A stretch of DNA of 64,000 bases from NCBI RefSeq assembly GCF_009834535.1, contig NC_045696.1:45324001-45388000 (forward strand), in the 5' to 3' direction. Positions 50,057 to 63,420 of the stretch are shown in pieces (within the stretch, counting starts at the first letter, position 1; every line of letters begins with the position of its first letter). The notes beneath the pieces were generated by a model. It ran no database searches. It was not told the DNA's origin and saw only the letters and a list, made by a program, of their open reading frames with translations. The position numbers and the translations under genes are program-made. The stretch comes from Camelus ferus. Taxonomy: Eukaryota.

Positions 50057-52160
50057 ACTATCTGTAATTTTAGCTTCAAATAGAAATTCTGTGTGTTTCT
50101 TTATTTCCCGAAAATAACATGAAGTTAACTCAAGATAATATGGGAGATACAACAGAGAGGGAAGTGTTTTATCCTTAATGACAAGTCTATGCAGTCCTGA
50201 AATATCAGAGCTCTTTTCACCCTGGGTCTTGGTTCACACGGTCCCCTCCGTCTAGGCTTCATCTCACGTCTCACCTCTCCCTCAACATTGCTTCTATAGA
50301 GCGAGTAGAAGGCTAATCAGGCAAAATTCTGGAAAGCTTTCTCAGGTTTCTTCTCCTACCTCGACTTCAACCTCCTTCTGTCCTTTACGACTATCATCTC
50401 TTATTTCCGCAGGTACCTGTGTAACTGCATAGTGACTGCATCATGTGAACCCATAGAATCAGGCATTTCTTTATGTAGCAAATAGTTATTAAGTGCCTGC
50501 TAGGTGTAAGTAATTAGCAGAACTTGAATATTCTGACAACATTAACTATGTTTTTTCCATAGGAACAAAAGGCTACTACTAATACTCAATGGGACCAGTG
50601 CTCGAGGTTTTGATTGAAATCATGTGGGACCAACAAACATTTTTGCCCCATCACCTCATACTTACAAGATGGCAAGCTGAAGTCAGAGGAGTGTCTGCAA
50701 AACAGGTTTTCTACTCTTCGTGCAAAACTTAGTCACCCATACAAATATCACACCAGCAACCTTTGATGCATTACCACAGAGGTCTCATCAGTTGATTCAA
50801 CTAGCACAGATATTTTTATACATTAATCTGTCAATCTGAAGCCCTTAGCTTCATTTAGACCATCCATCTCCCATTTTCTTATTTCTCTGCTATTCTCCTC
50901 ATCAAATATATTTACATGAAAATAGGATTTATATCCTCTGGAATCTTGGCTTTGCTCCTGACAGAATTTCTCCCTTGTGAAGCAATAATTCTCTTCTAGT
51001 ATGTTGATATAATTTTAAAGACATTGTCTGAAACAACTGAAATTCCATGACGATGGAAATAATGATTTAAGCCAATGCACTGGAGAATTCAAGCTTGGAT
51101 TAATAAACAGTAAAGTCATTTTATCATTACCAAAAATTCAGTGTATTTTTTCCATGTTGTGCCATTTAGACTAAAGGAGTAGCAGCAAAAGTTTAACAGT
51201 ACAATACTAACAGATCAAGTAATTTACCAGTGCAAAAAATGCTTTATAATCACCCAGATTTTAAAAAAGAAACCATGGATGAGAGAACACTCTAAAATGA
51301 ATACAAAATAGCTTACGTCTTATTTTTAAAATTTCATAGTTTTTCACACTTCAGAAGCTGAGCTTAGCAAAGTAATTGTGGTATGAGTTACATTCTGTTA
51401 GCAATAACTGTACTCAGTTCTTTTCATGGGGAAAAATGGGGACTACGACTACTAAAAGTCTACGCCAGTGACTAACGTGCATGTTTCTGCTGAATTACCA
51501 CACTTAAGCACATTTTATTAGGGGCACTTACTCCCCAGTTATTGTAACATGAAAGGTAAAGATTTACCAGAGAGAAAACAGGAAAGAAATGATGTTTTTA
51601 TGTTACTTATCCCACTGGAACAGGAGGCAGTTAAAATGTACAAATGTGAAGCACTGCTTTGAAGCCAGTGATCAGTAATTGCTCCTGTCTTTAAGTAACG
51701 GACTATTTAAAGTGCAACAGTCATGTACTCACTGGTCTAATTTGTGCTGCGAGGTATTATAAATACATTAGTCTCCTAGAGTCGAAAATTCAGTCAGTAG
51801 GCCTTGAGGATCTAATGCAGAGAGAGAGGTTATGGGGCAATTGCCCAAGGTGGGGATGCACACTTGCCCCCCACATTTGCTCTAATGGACTGAGATTCAA
51901 GACAGCGATTATATGAAAAAGGGTGGGAAACATGTTTGTTAATAGTCTAGCAGAAACATACATTTACAACCTCAGTCACAGGTACAGGCACAGGAGGAGA
52001 CAAGAACCAAAAACTCCATCTGAAAAACACTAAAATTCTCTTTGCTATAGGGATGCTACAAATCCGTTGGTGGGGCAGGGGGGAAACACCTCCTCAGATA
52101 CCCCCAACAGGGCAAAAGCAAGTGAATGGTTACAGGGTAGACTGGCTTTAATGCTGCTGA

Positions 52161-52230
52161 AAATGTACATACTCCAAACCTGTCTTGAGTTTTAAAAATG
52201 TACATACTCCAAACCTGTCTTGAGTTTTAA
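52161..52230. repeat. Perfect 2 x 35-bp tandem duplication
   Basis: AAATGTACATACTCCAAACCTGTCTTGAGTTTTAA at 52161-52195 and 52196-52230. Confidence 0.95.
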
Positions 52231-52289
52231 GTTGTATTAAAGAAAAATAAGTAAAGCAGCTAATAAAGGAAAGCAGAAAGAATTGTTTT

Positions 52290-52760
52290 GTTGTTAGTGG
52301 TTCTTTTCGTTTGTAAAGCATAGGCAGCTTCAGTTACCTCTGAGAACAGGGTTTTATGGTAAAAAGCACAAGAAATAGAGGAAACAAATCTGTCAGAAGA
52401 TGGGGAGATGTGGACACTGTTCATGTTCCCCGAGCTGCCTTACCATCAGCAACTTGGGAGTTCAACGTTTTCTACATTCAGATTTGTACTGCCTCCGCCT
52501 CCCTCCACTTCTGCTTATTTTTCAACTTTGTGTTTCTCCACTGCTCCACCTCTGCTTTATTATTAGTGCTGCTGCCTCCTGGCCTCTGCCGGGTCCCCCT
52601 CAACCATCCTGCTCTACTCAATCTTCTTTGTGTGTGCTGTGGTTAGACTCTCCCTTAGAAGACCTGCTTGGGTGGGTCAGTCCCATCCTAGTATAGAACA
52701 TCTCCACTCTGCAGAATTTTCCTGTAAAGACACTCATCAAATATATTTTTGGTTCAGGCA
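52290..52760 (-). mobile_element. Very old MaLR-like LTR (MLT1M/N/O-type)
   Basis: Pyrimidine-rich CTCTGC body with GCTTGGGTGGGTCAG motif; highly diverged. Confidence 0.35.
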
Positions 52761-52860
52761 ATAATTTCTGACCCCAAGAGTTTTGCCTGAGATGGCAGCG
52801 TGACGTGGTACAGAGCGCCCTTACCTCAATGTAAAGGAATCTTTGTATTGTGATTCATTT

Positions 52861-53245
52861 TGCCTAGAGAGCTTTCCAGATACTCGTGTGGCTCACTCCT
52901 TCATGCCCTTCCGGTCTTTGCTCAACTACCCCCTTCTCAGTGAGATCTTCCCTGCCTATCTTGCTTAAAATGTACCTGTCTACCTTTCCAACACTTCTCC
53001 ATTCATAGGCAATCCCTACCCTTCCTGTCTTTCTTCTATTTCTTTGTTTTCTTTCTAAATATCTATCAACATCAAACTATATAGTCTTCTCATTTACTTT
53101 GTATATTGTCTGTCTCCCTCTACTAGAATATAAGTTTCACAACTACAGGGATTTTTGCTTTTATTTTTCACTACTGGATACCAAGAGCTTAGGACACTCC
53201 CTGCCACATGGTAGCCACCCAACAAATACTTATTGACTAAACATA
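52861..53245 (+). mobile_element. LINE-2 (L2a) 3' end
   Basis: GGCTCACTCCTTCA...TTGTCTGTCTCCCTCTACTAGAATATAAG...AACAAATACTTATTGA. Confidence 0.85.
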
Positions 53246-53578
53246 ACTAGACTGAAGAGGTGATGTGACAAAAATTAAAGATGGAACGTAGAAAAATAGT
53301 GAATAAAAATCCTAGAATGTTATCCCAAACCTAGAGACTGACTAATCCAAATAGGAGCAGGAGGTAGAAGGTCCCCAAGAAGACGATCTCTGGAAAGAAA
53401 AACTCAATGCAATATTTGATTGGATATCACTTTTTCAGGTGAAGAACGAGTTTATGATAAAGATAGATGGTACCTCCCCCAAAAAGAAAAAAATTAGAAA
53501 CTTTGGGAAAAGTTATAAAAGAAAAGGACATAATCAAATACATTAGTAGGCTCTGCAAAGAACAGTAATTATATAATC

Positions 53579-54182
53579 TGTGGTGGAAAAACTCTAAGAG
53601 GGTCCACAATTATCCTTGCCTCCTGGTACTCTTGATCTTGTGTAATCATATCCCATTAAATCAAGAATTATGAATTGCTTCTAACCAGTGTAAAAGGATG
53701 TCATTTCATTGATTACATGAATTTGTAATTATGTTTGCTAACCTACCCTCTCCCACCTTGGCTTTGGGTGATGTAAGCTGCTATGATGTGAGGTACTCTA
53801 TGAAGAGTCTCCTACGGTACAGAATTAAGGTTAGTCACTGCCCAGACCCTGGCAAGAAACTGAAACTCCTGATTCCTAGCAGCCTTCAAGGAACTGAATT
53901 CTGCCAACAACCATGTGAACCTGGAAGCTGATTCTTCCACAGCCCTGGCCAATGCCTTGACTGCAGTCATGTGAGACAGTGACGCAGAGAGCCCAGCTAA
54001 TCTGTCCCAAACTCCTGGCCCACAGAAACTGTGAGTTAACAGTGTATGTCACTGGAAATTGACACAACATTGTAAATGACTATAACTCAATAGAAAAATG
54101 TTAAAAAAAAAAAAACAGTGTATGTTATTGTAAACCACTAAGTCTGTGGTAATTTGTTATGAAGCAATAGATTACTGATGCA
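53579..54182 (+). mobile_element. MaLR solo LTR (MLT1E-like) with nested L1
   Basis: TGTGGTGG start; AAGGAACTGAATTCTGCCAACAACCATGTGA; end GGTAATTTGTTATGAAGCAATAG...GATGCA; TSD-like TAATC / TAGTT. Confidence 0.85.
54050..54113 (+). mobile_element. 64-bp extreme 5'-truncated young L1 3' end
   Basis: CACTGGAAATTGACACAACATTGTAAATGACTATAACTCAATAG + polyA; exact 12-bp TSD AACAGTGTATGT at 54038-54049 and 54114-54125. Confidence 0.9.
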
Positions 54183-56269
54183 TAGTTACAACAACTTAAA
54201 CATTTTTCATTTATTTCTGTATTTGAGTCAGCCTAAAGACAAAGCATAAAAAAGAATGGATGTGATTTCCAACAGCATTTAAATCTTTTCAAGCTTGACA
54301 TTGTAAAATTAAGAGACTGGGATGTGGAATAGATGTGGAACAGGGAAAATGGTAGTTAAGAGTATTCATAATTTCATCCTACGAGAAGCCTGATTTATAA
54401 AACAAGGAATAAAGGTTTAAACATGTTACATAAATTTACAAAAAAAAACTAAATAGGGAAATGAAAATATTATTATAATAATATTGGCCAGATGAAAAAG
54501 AGAATACGAGATTCTCTGAGTGACTTAAATTCTAATTTATCCTGGGAAGATCTCTACAGGATAAATAAATCAGTATAGTAAAAGCATATTATTTAGATAT
54601 CTGATGGTAACTAATAGTAGAAACAACTAAAAGAGCAGAAAGTAGTTACTTCTTGCCATAACAGTGAAGCAATGGAATGTTGATTTTTATTTTCCCTCCA
54701 AATTATTTCATTTAAAACTCTTTGTGTTTTTAGTTGAAAAAATATACAATGAAAGATAAATACATAGAATATGAGTGATATTCTTTAAATCATAATAATG
54801 AGCATTTAAAAATTCTTTTCTAAATATCAACTCTTGCTCACTAAAACCTTCAGAAGTTTCCACTTCTTTCTAAAATTTTGTTTTGATTTGTTATCCAATT
54901 TTGCTGATAATAGAAGTGATGCATGTCTATCTTAAATAATTTGAATAAGTATAAAAGTATTGTAACTAATAGAGTATCTGAAATTCTACCACCCTGGGGT
55001 AACTACCATTGGTATTTTGGTGAATCGTTTACTTCTCTTTCTGCATAATTAAAACACACATACTTACCTTCCTCCCTCACTTATAGCCTTAACATTTCTT
55101 AAATGGGATTATATCATAAAATTTCTCTTAATATTAGATGGGATATTCCTCCATAGTCTGTATTTTCCCTCTTTGCTTGTATTTTTATTTTACTTTGTTG
55201 AGAAAAGTAGACATAGACATACTGTGTGTGTGTGTTTCTCTATTAAATGTTTCATGTCTTCTTGAGTTTGTAACTGAGATAATACATAAGGATAGTTTTA
55301 TGGATGTGAAAAATTTATTAAACGAGTGAATTAAACTAAATACATAACACATATATCTACATATAATTCCATGTAAATTGAATTCGTGGTTAAGAGAAAT
55401 TACTCAAAATATGTATGTGCATTAACATATACAGGCCTTCTTACATATATACCATCTGGCAATCTCAACAACCTGAAAGATAGCAAACAATCAGGAAGGA
55501 AGCAATTATGATTCCTCATCTATCTCAATAAATGTCATAAAACCCATGTGCTTTTTCCAGAGTCAATTAAGTTGTGTTTTATCTACATTCATTTTAGTCA
55601 CAATTCTAATAAACTTGGTTATCTGATTTTAAGCAGATTAAAAGCAAAATCTTAGGGGTGGTCATGACAGAATCCTATAATGAGCAGCTAAAATCAGATT
55701 AGAAATTTGACTCTAATTAGAATTATGGCTTAAATATTTCACCTCTGAAAATATGAGAGCCCATTAAAAAGAAATGATGTTCAAATGATGACCCTAAGTC
55801 ATCAGTGAAAAATCATTTTCAGCTTCCTTTGCTTAAAAAAAAATTATGACATGTCTAAAAAGTTTTCAGAAGGATTTTAATTCAAAGGACTAGCACTTTA
55901 ACCAAAGTTCTTGTTGCTTTAATGTGTAACTATCTGGTCAGTGGAAATAAAATCACCACCACCACCACCAGTCCCCATCAGCAGCATCCCTATTTCTACC
56001 ACTTATTAAACTTTCAGTTGCAAGACACATGGAAGCTACTTCACATGGTGACTTAATTAATCCAACAACCACCCTAGGAAGACATGCTCATTTTCAAATA
56101 AGGAAAATAAAGTTTAGAAAAGAACAAAACTAAAAAAGAAAGAGAGAGAGGTGACTTGCCCACGTTCTCACTATCTTAAAACCCATGGTAAGTTTCCAAG
56201 GTATGTTTCCCTTCCAAGCCTAGGCTTGATCCTCTTCTCACTCTTCATGCTTTCACAGCTGTAGGTTCA

Positions 56270-57712
56270 GTGAGCATCTTTATTCAGATAATTTAGGCAT
56301 TTAAATTTTTATGTAAGACTGCTCCTCTAAACTCTAGATTCATAAATCTAATGCCTATGGAAATCTCTTGAATATCTGTTTAAGACATCTCGAACTCACT
56401 GTATCCTAAACCAAACTTACCATCTTTCACTGGTTTCTGGTCCTCTTTTAGTGTCCATTACCTCAGTGACTGACTTCACTATCCACCCTGTACACAAGCC
56501 AGGAGACCAGGAGTCGGTCTGACAGTCCTAACAGGTCCCTCTCCCTCAGATTTCTTATTCAGCCTACCACCTAGTTCCATCTGATATTACCTTCTTAGTA
56601 CATTCTCTCCATCTCCACCATCACTGGTCACTAAAACTACCATAATAAATTCCTTGCTCAATTACAATCACCTTTTAACTAGTGTTACCTTATTATCTTT
56701 TACTACTCTAGATACTCTTGAATTAACTCTTGAGATTTTACCAGAATGATCTTTTTCTTTTTCTTTTTTTAAAGTGTTATTTAATCATGTCATATCTCTG
56801 AATAAGCAAAGCTGTCCATTGCTCTTTGGATAAAGACAAAGCTTGTCCTCACAGTCTATCAGGCCCTGCATCGTGTTGGCCCTGTCTATATCTCTAGTCT
56901 TAACTTCCTCTTTGTTCTCCAGGCATGTGGCTCTCTCTGTACCATTTCTTTATCTCTCTTTCTTTCACCACAGGATATTTTCCCTTCGAGGTGGCAAAAA
57001 TCTCTCTTCTTTTCTTATCTAGTTAACTCTTCTCCTTTTTCAATTTCAGCACAATAAGTTTTTCTTCATGGAAGCCTTTCTTGATCTTTCTAAACAGGAT
57101 AAATTCCTCTTTCATAGAAATTCATAATACCACATACCTCTCCTTTGTTCCTCCTGCCCATTTGAATTTTTACATTTATTTGTATTATTATTTTATGTTT
57201 GTCATCTCTTCTAGGCTGTGAATCTATGAAAGAGGAATACTATTTTTACTCACCATTTACTATGGTCTGAATGTTTGTGCCCAACTCCCACCCTCAAACT
57301 TACATGTTGTAATTCTAATGCCATGTACGATAGTATTAGAAACTGGAGCTTCGGGGAGGCAATTAAGTCATGAGGGGAGAGTCCTCGTGAATGAAATTAA
57401 TGCTCTAATAATAAAGGCTCCGGAGAGCTAGCTCACCCCTTCCACAGAGAGGGCACAGAGAGGTCAGCAGTCTGCAACTTGGAGGAGGGTCTTCACCAGA
57501 ATCTGAACTTTCCAGCACCATAATCTTGGACTGTCCAGCCTTCAAGACTGTGAGAAATAAATTTCTGCTGTTTATAAGCCTCAAAGTCTATGGTGTTTTG
57601 TCATAAGCAGCTTCAATGGACTACTAAGACATCATTGCCTCCTCAGTGCCTTTTTAACAGTACCTAGCACAAAGAAGGTGCTTAATAATGACTCAAGTGC
57701 TGTTGAAAGAAT
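56270..57712 (+). mobile_element. LINE-2 (~1.1 kb) interrupted by MLT1A0
   Basis: GACATCTCGAACTCAC...CCAAACTTACCATCTT; CTCTCCATCTCCACCATCAC; tail TACCTAGCACAAAGAAGGTGCTTAATAA after the LTR. Confidence 0.8.
57258..57631 (+). mobile_element. MaLR solo LTR (MLT1A0-like)
   Basis: TACTATGGTCTGAATGTTTGTG ... GACTGTGAGAAATAAATTTCTGCTGTTTATAAGCC ... CTAAGACA; 5-bp TSD-like CCATT / TCATT. Confidence 0.9.
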
Positions 57713-60381
57713 CAAACTTTGACAAGGCTACACTGCTTATTATAAACCCTTTGTTCCCTGAGTATTTCAAGACGACAGGTTAAGTGAAAGTATACACCTG
57801 ATTACAGATACAGGTAATACTGATGAATTTTTATGAGGACTGCCCACATCAAAGAAGTACTGAAAAAAATTTGACCATAGAGAAGGCAGGAAATGAGAAT
57901 CTCATCTCCTAGGATTATACATGTCCTTCTTTCTTTACTTTTTTTTACAAATTCTTAGTCTATTTTTAAGATCAGTTTCCAAGTCAGATACTCAGAAGAA
58001 CATGTGCCTTTCTTGGCTGCTTCCTCAAAACATCATGTTTCAATTGGGAATCAGGGAAATTAAAGGCATCTGAAGGTTTTGATTTGATTATTCCTAATTG
58101 TTTTATAAATAGTTGTATAAAATCATAACAAGCAAACAAAAATAAATAAAAATAAAACATAAATCTTTGGAAGCATAGTGTTTGTTTATCCAAACTAGGT
58201 TGGTTGAAGAGAAAACTTTACAAGAATTTGACTCAACTCTACAAAGTTCTTGTAAAAGCATGTGTGACTTATTTTTGTCCAAGGACATAAACAAAAATAT
58301 CTACTTTGATTTAAAATAAAGTTTACAACCAGTCTGTCTTTTTTCACATTTGCTATCAAATGCTACAAATGTTACTGATTCATGAGCTCTGACTTGAGCA
58401 AATGTTAAAGGAGGTGGATTGACCTAAATTTAATAACACAAAGATGCTCATGTTAGTTTAGAATATCCAGCTCGTGATTAAAGAAAACTTATAAGCTGTA
58501 GTCAAAGTGGAAAAAAATAATGTAAGTTTGATAAATTGCTTTAATTTACTAGAAACAAAAACGAAAACAAAACTTCCTCTCTTTTTGAGATGACTTTTAA
58601 ATCTTCAGATGATTTTGGCAAACATGAAAAACATAACAATTCATGTCTCCTGCATGTCCCAAACAATGCAGTTGTCAAAGTCTCAGTTCTAAACTGTCTC
58701 TATGCAACTGAAAGTTGGCCCAGTAGGCCTGGAACACTCATCAATTAAAATTCATCCATACATTCTGTGTCTTAGAGTACTGTAATGGACACTCTTGCAG
58801 AGTGTCTAGGCAGATCCTCTAGACTGGTGAGAACAACTTAATCTCTAACTTGTGAACTTGAAAAGTTAGAAAAAGAGTACATTTATCATTGCATGAATGA
58901 GCAGATTAAATAATAAATCACTTTGAGAAAATATCTGGCATCCATTAGAAATTCAATAAAAATCAGTTTCTTTTTTCTCAGTCTTTGAAGGATGATGGTA
59001 TTAAAATGTGGGTTAGATAACAACTTCTTTCACGTATGATTATGAGTCAAAATTAGAAACAACACTTCATAGAAGTTAACCAAAAGATCTTTTCCAAATA
59101 AATATATACAAAGTATTACTGCTGTAATCAATTAATTCCTGTTACACTAAGAAAAATGCTATTTTTTTAAAGCATTATGAAGAACTAAAATTAGAGCAAT
59201 CATTTTCTCAATCTGGATTCATATTTTTTACAGCCAAACCAGTAGTTCTCCTGGAGATTAAGGAAAAAAAAATTGTATAGTAGGCATAAAGGAAGGAAGA
59301 AAGAAAGGAAAGAGATATGAGATGTTAAGCGGTTTTATTCACAGTTCATCCACTCGTTTTCTCAGTGACATCATAGCACTCATTTCCTAATTTAAAGTCA
59401 GTGATATCCTGTATTTCATAACATTTGTGAGGTGAAAAAGAAAAAACAAAATTATTTCTACAGTATTAAAGGTGTCCTCAAAATAAAAAAGACCGTTGTT
59501 ACATTCTCCTTGCTGCTCATTTTATTTCATAAGAAAGTAATCATTGTTATATGAAGTTTTCTGTTAGCCTTTGCTTTAAGACTTCAAGTTGAGTATCTAT
59601 GTGCATCACTCGGTACATGTGAGAGTTCTAAACTCCTCTCTCAATATAATTCAGTATCAACACTATTACATTTTGTTATGTGAATTTCAAAGTTAAGAAT
59701 GAAACATTCTGTTTAGCATCTCTCTCTGATTCTCTTTTATCTGTAAAAGAAGGCCATCAAAGAGATAAAGAAAACAAGAGAAGAAAAATTTAAAAAATAG
59801 TATGTTAAACTAGAGACTGAGATACATAGTCAGAATTTGATTTGGCTATAATGAGAATGAAAGAACTGTGAATATAGAAAGAAACAAAACTTCAAGAGAC
59901 ATCCAGACAGAAATCAAAACACATGCACCAAAGGTAACACAGAAACTGCACCTGTATACTGAGAAAATAATTTTTATTAAAAAACAAAACAAAAATTTAG
60001 GAACATACTTACATCTCTAACTAGAGAAGATTTGACCTTGTAAACTTTTAGAATGTAATTCACATTTTAAACTGCAATTCTGCAAATAGAAGCTTATCTT
60101 CTTTTGTACTTGTTTGTTCTGATGTCAAACAGAATTTGATCAAGGGTCAAATCTACCTGGTAGATCCCCACATTTCCAACCCAAGCTTATAAATGCAGTC
60201 TTATATTTAAACATCAGTATTAAAAATGGATTTCTGTTGAATTTTAGCATAAGTATGTGCTTATTTTAAGTAAAATGAAATCAGATATATTCACGTGTTT
60301 TTCCACCCATGACAGGAAACTACTGTGGCTTACTCTCTGGCCCTTTACCATCCTTACTAGTTATATAACTCTACGGTTTAA

Positions 60382-60738
60382 CTAGTTAAATGCTCTTGGG
60401 TTGTAAGGAACAGCTGCTTTCTCAGGCGATCTGTGATGATATGAGTTGCTTTATCAGTTACTCAGGGCACTACTTATCTCACTGCTTAAGTCATCCAGTC
60501 TCAGGGAAAAGTGGAATTTTATTACAGCCCCTACAGCAGCTCTAAGAGGCCTAACAGTCTCTATAGAACCCTGCCATTCTGGACACTTAGCTTTTCTCTG
60601 CCTCTGCTTCTGTGTTTGCATCTATTTCCTTTCCATCTTGTGGCTTCTGTCTAATCATGGCTTTTACTGTCTTGTAGCACCACATGCTCTCTTTTTCTTG
60701 TGTATTTTTTAATTTCTATGATATCCATAATAGGCCTT

Positions 60739-60776
<38 letters not shown>

Positions 60777-61000
60777 TGTGTGTGTAATTTGTAACTTACA
60801 AAGTTAGAAGAAATGTTTTTATCAATCAATCATCATCTTGATAGGACGTGTACCAGCATCTAAAAATAGCTGCCTATAGCTCAGGCTCTCCTCTCAATTC
60901 CACTTGAGCCCATGATGACCAGGTTACTTGGTATCAGACATGGAGACGTGTGTGTGAAGAGTGATCTGCAGTTGTTTTACCAGAATGAATCTGAGCTTGT
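60382..61000 (-). mobile_element. Very old MaLR-like LTR (MLT1N/O-type) containing a (GT)n microsatellite
   Basis: TAGTTAAATGCTCTTGGGTTGTAAGGAACAG terminus; CTCTGCCTCTGCTTC body. Confidence 0.45.
60742..60785. repeat. (GT)n microsatellite
   Basis: Direct reading; one interruption near the 3' end. Confidence 0.95.
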
Positions 61001-61978
61001 GGTTAGTGCTCGTGTTATGGCCTATTTAATATGGTAGCATTTATATATTTCACGAGGTCTAAACATTTTACAAGTTCATGTAACGATGCTATGTAAACTA
61101 CATAATTCATGAAAAATTCTGCTTTGTCTCCTGGATGTCCTTGAAGTTAAAAGCACTTATGAAAGTGCTAGGTTGAATGCATTGCTAGTATTACCCTGAG
61201 AGGTGAGCTGTTACATACCTACTGATCCCATTCATATGAGTTAATGCAGCTTTCACTGGAAACTGAGTTCCTGATTAAGTTTGTTGCACTTGACATCATA
61301 TTACACTGCCTTTGACCATTTTATTTAAGTACCGAATTAATGTGAAGAACTTTTTGTGCTTTGTGGAAAAAATAATAATAATACATTACACTGTGGTTAG
61401 TTCATTTACATCCTGAGGGAAAAAGTAAACAACTGAGCATATAAACAAAACACAATTATTTATAAAGCTTTAGTGAGCCTACAGTTTTAATTCTATATTT
61501 ACCTGTGATTATAAATCTATAAATGTGATCTAAAGATTTTTAAAAAGTCCAGTAACAAAAAGACAAGCTTCTACAAGAGAAATACTGGATAATACAATTT
61601 TTTAAACCTGGAAAAGTAAAGGTTATGTTCATAAAAATAAGGCAGGGCAAACATAATGAATATGGACTAATTTGCCAAATCATAGCAATAGAACTAGTTC
61701 AAATGATGTTACTCAAATAAGAAATATAGAATAGAAAATATACATAAGTTTAAGGAAGTTTTAGTAATTTCCTGGAAAGTAAAATGTTTAGAGAAAATCT
61801 TAGATAATCTAAATATTTGTGTATATATATTTATATATGTATATGTATATATATGAAATGTATTACTAATCTTGATTGAAAATTTTTTTCCTAAGTATAA
61901 AAATAATATATTATCATTGTAAGAAATGTAGAAAATGTGGGAAACAGAAGAAAGAAAAATTGAAACAACTTACTCTCA

Positions 61979-62353
61979 AATCAGAAAGAGAAAAAAAATA
62001 CCATATGATATCACTTATATGTGGAATCTAAAATATGATAAAAATGAACTTATTTACAAAATAGAAATAGACTCACAGACATAAAAAACAAACTTATGGT
62101 TATCAAAGAGGAAAGAAGGTGGGGAAGTGATAAATTAGGAGTTTGGGACTAGCAGATATAAACTAATATATACAAAGCAGGTAAGCAACAAGGTCCTACT
62201 GTATTGCACAGGGAACTGTATTCAATATCCTGTAAAAACCATAATGGAAAAGAATATGAAAAATAATATATATATTTAACTGAATCACTTTGCTGTATAC
62301 AAAAAATTAATATAACATTGTAAATCAACTATACTTTTAAAAAAAAGGACAAA
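61979..62353 (+). mobile_element. LINE-1 3' UTR (cetartiodactyl-type)
   Basis: Homologous to 9600-9945 and 30980-31340; TSD-like AAACAACTTACTCTCA (61963-61978) / ACACAATCTACTCTCA (62354-62369). Confidence 0.9.
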
Positions 62354-62594
62354 ACACAATCTACTCTCAGGTGCAATCACTTCCAGATTGTGTGTTGTGC
62401 ACGTGCATATATATGAACATATAAAAGAATATATATACACACACATACATATATATATAACATGGACATTTATTTCAGTGACCAATATTTAGGCAAGGGA
62501 AAAAAAATGAAACTTTCTGCCTCACTACTGTGCTCAGGCTGTGTTGGGCAATCATCAAAACACTCTTTAGTGTCAATTTCCTTCCTGGTCATTT

Positions 62595-63027
62595 TAGCAG
62601 AAGCTGATGGTGCCCTGTCCATATTTTCTTATCTCTCTAGAGCTTCCATAAACACTATCAGTTTTTGTGTCTCTCTCTGTATGAGGACTTCTCTCACATA
62701 AAATGATGCGGATTCAGATCCATTAATTCCTAATGAGCAACCAACCCTCAGCCAACAAGAGATAAGAGTCAGTGTGCAATGTCCCCGCTTCCTTTCCCTT
62801 AGTGATACAATTCTGTTTTGCTCCATATATTCTCTAGAAGATCCTACCATGGGGATCCACATATGGACCAAGGCTAACCCCATTCATTAATGCATTCTTT
62901 ATTGGTCCTCTTTCCTTCTCTGTCTCACTTCTCTGCCCTCTCACTGTACTTCCCTCTCCAATAAATCACTAGCTCTGAAAACCTTGTCTAGGAGTCTTGC
63001 TTTTGTAGAAACCAAACTATTATGATA
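62595..63027 (+). mobile_element. ERVL solo LTR (LTR16-like)
   Basis: AACCCTCAGCCAA; TTTATTGGTCCTCTTTCCTTCTCTGTCTCACTTC; CCAATAAATCACT...AAACCTTGTCT...AAACCAAACTA end; 5' boundary approximate. Confidence 0.7.
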
Positions 63028-63204
63028 GAAAACAACAAAAGACAGTGGGTTTTCAGAATAGGTCTTCAGAGAGAATTGGAAGTTTTAGATCACTAAATTT
63101 AATGCAAAAAGAAAACTATATGCAGCTTTATTATTGTTTTGTCAGCTGTTTTAGCCAGGACTTCTTTTTCACTGTTTATCCCACCTTGGGTTCTGATGTA
63201 GTGG

Positions 63205-63420
63205 GACAGCCTGGTGTTCAGGGAAGAGCCTTAGAAGAGACACACGCATATATATACTCATGCCTTGGCTCCACCACTAGTCAGTCAACTAACCTCTCAG
63301 AGCCTCAGTTTCTCCACCTGTAAAATTGGGGTAAAACACTTGCTTTTCCAACCTCATAGGCTTTTTACAAGCCTTTAATGAGATTCTTTGGAGCAGAGTG
63401 TTTTCTGTGTAATAGTGTAG
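63205..63420 (+). mobile_element. MIR SINE
   Basis: Core AACCTCTCAGAGCCTCAGTTTCTCCACCTGTAAAATTGGGG. Confidence 0.8.

Noticed and set aside
52161..52230. 35-bp direct repeat of CRISPR-repeat length
   Set aside because: Only two abutting copies, no spacers, no cas genes, mammalian context.
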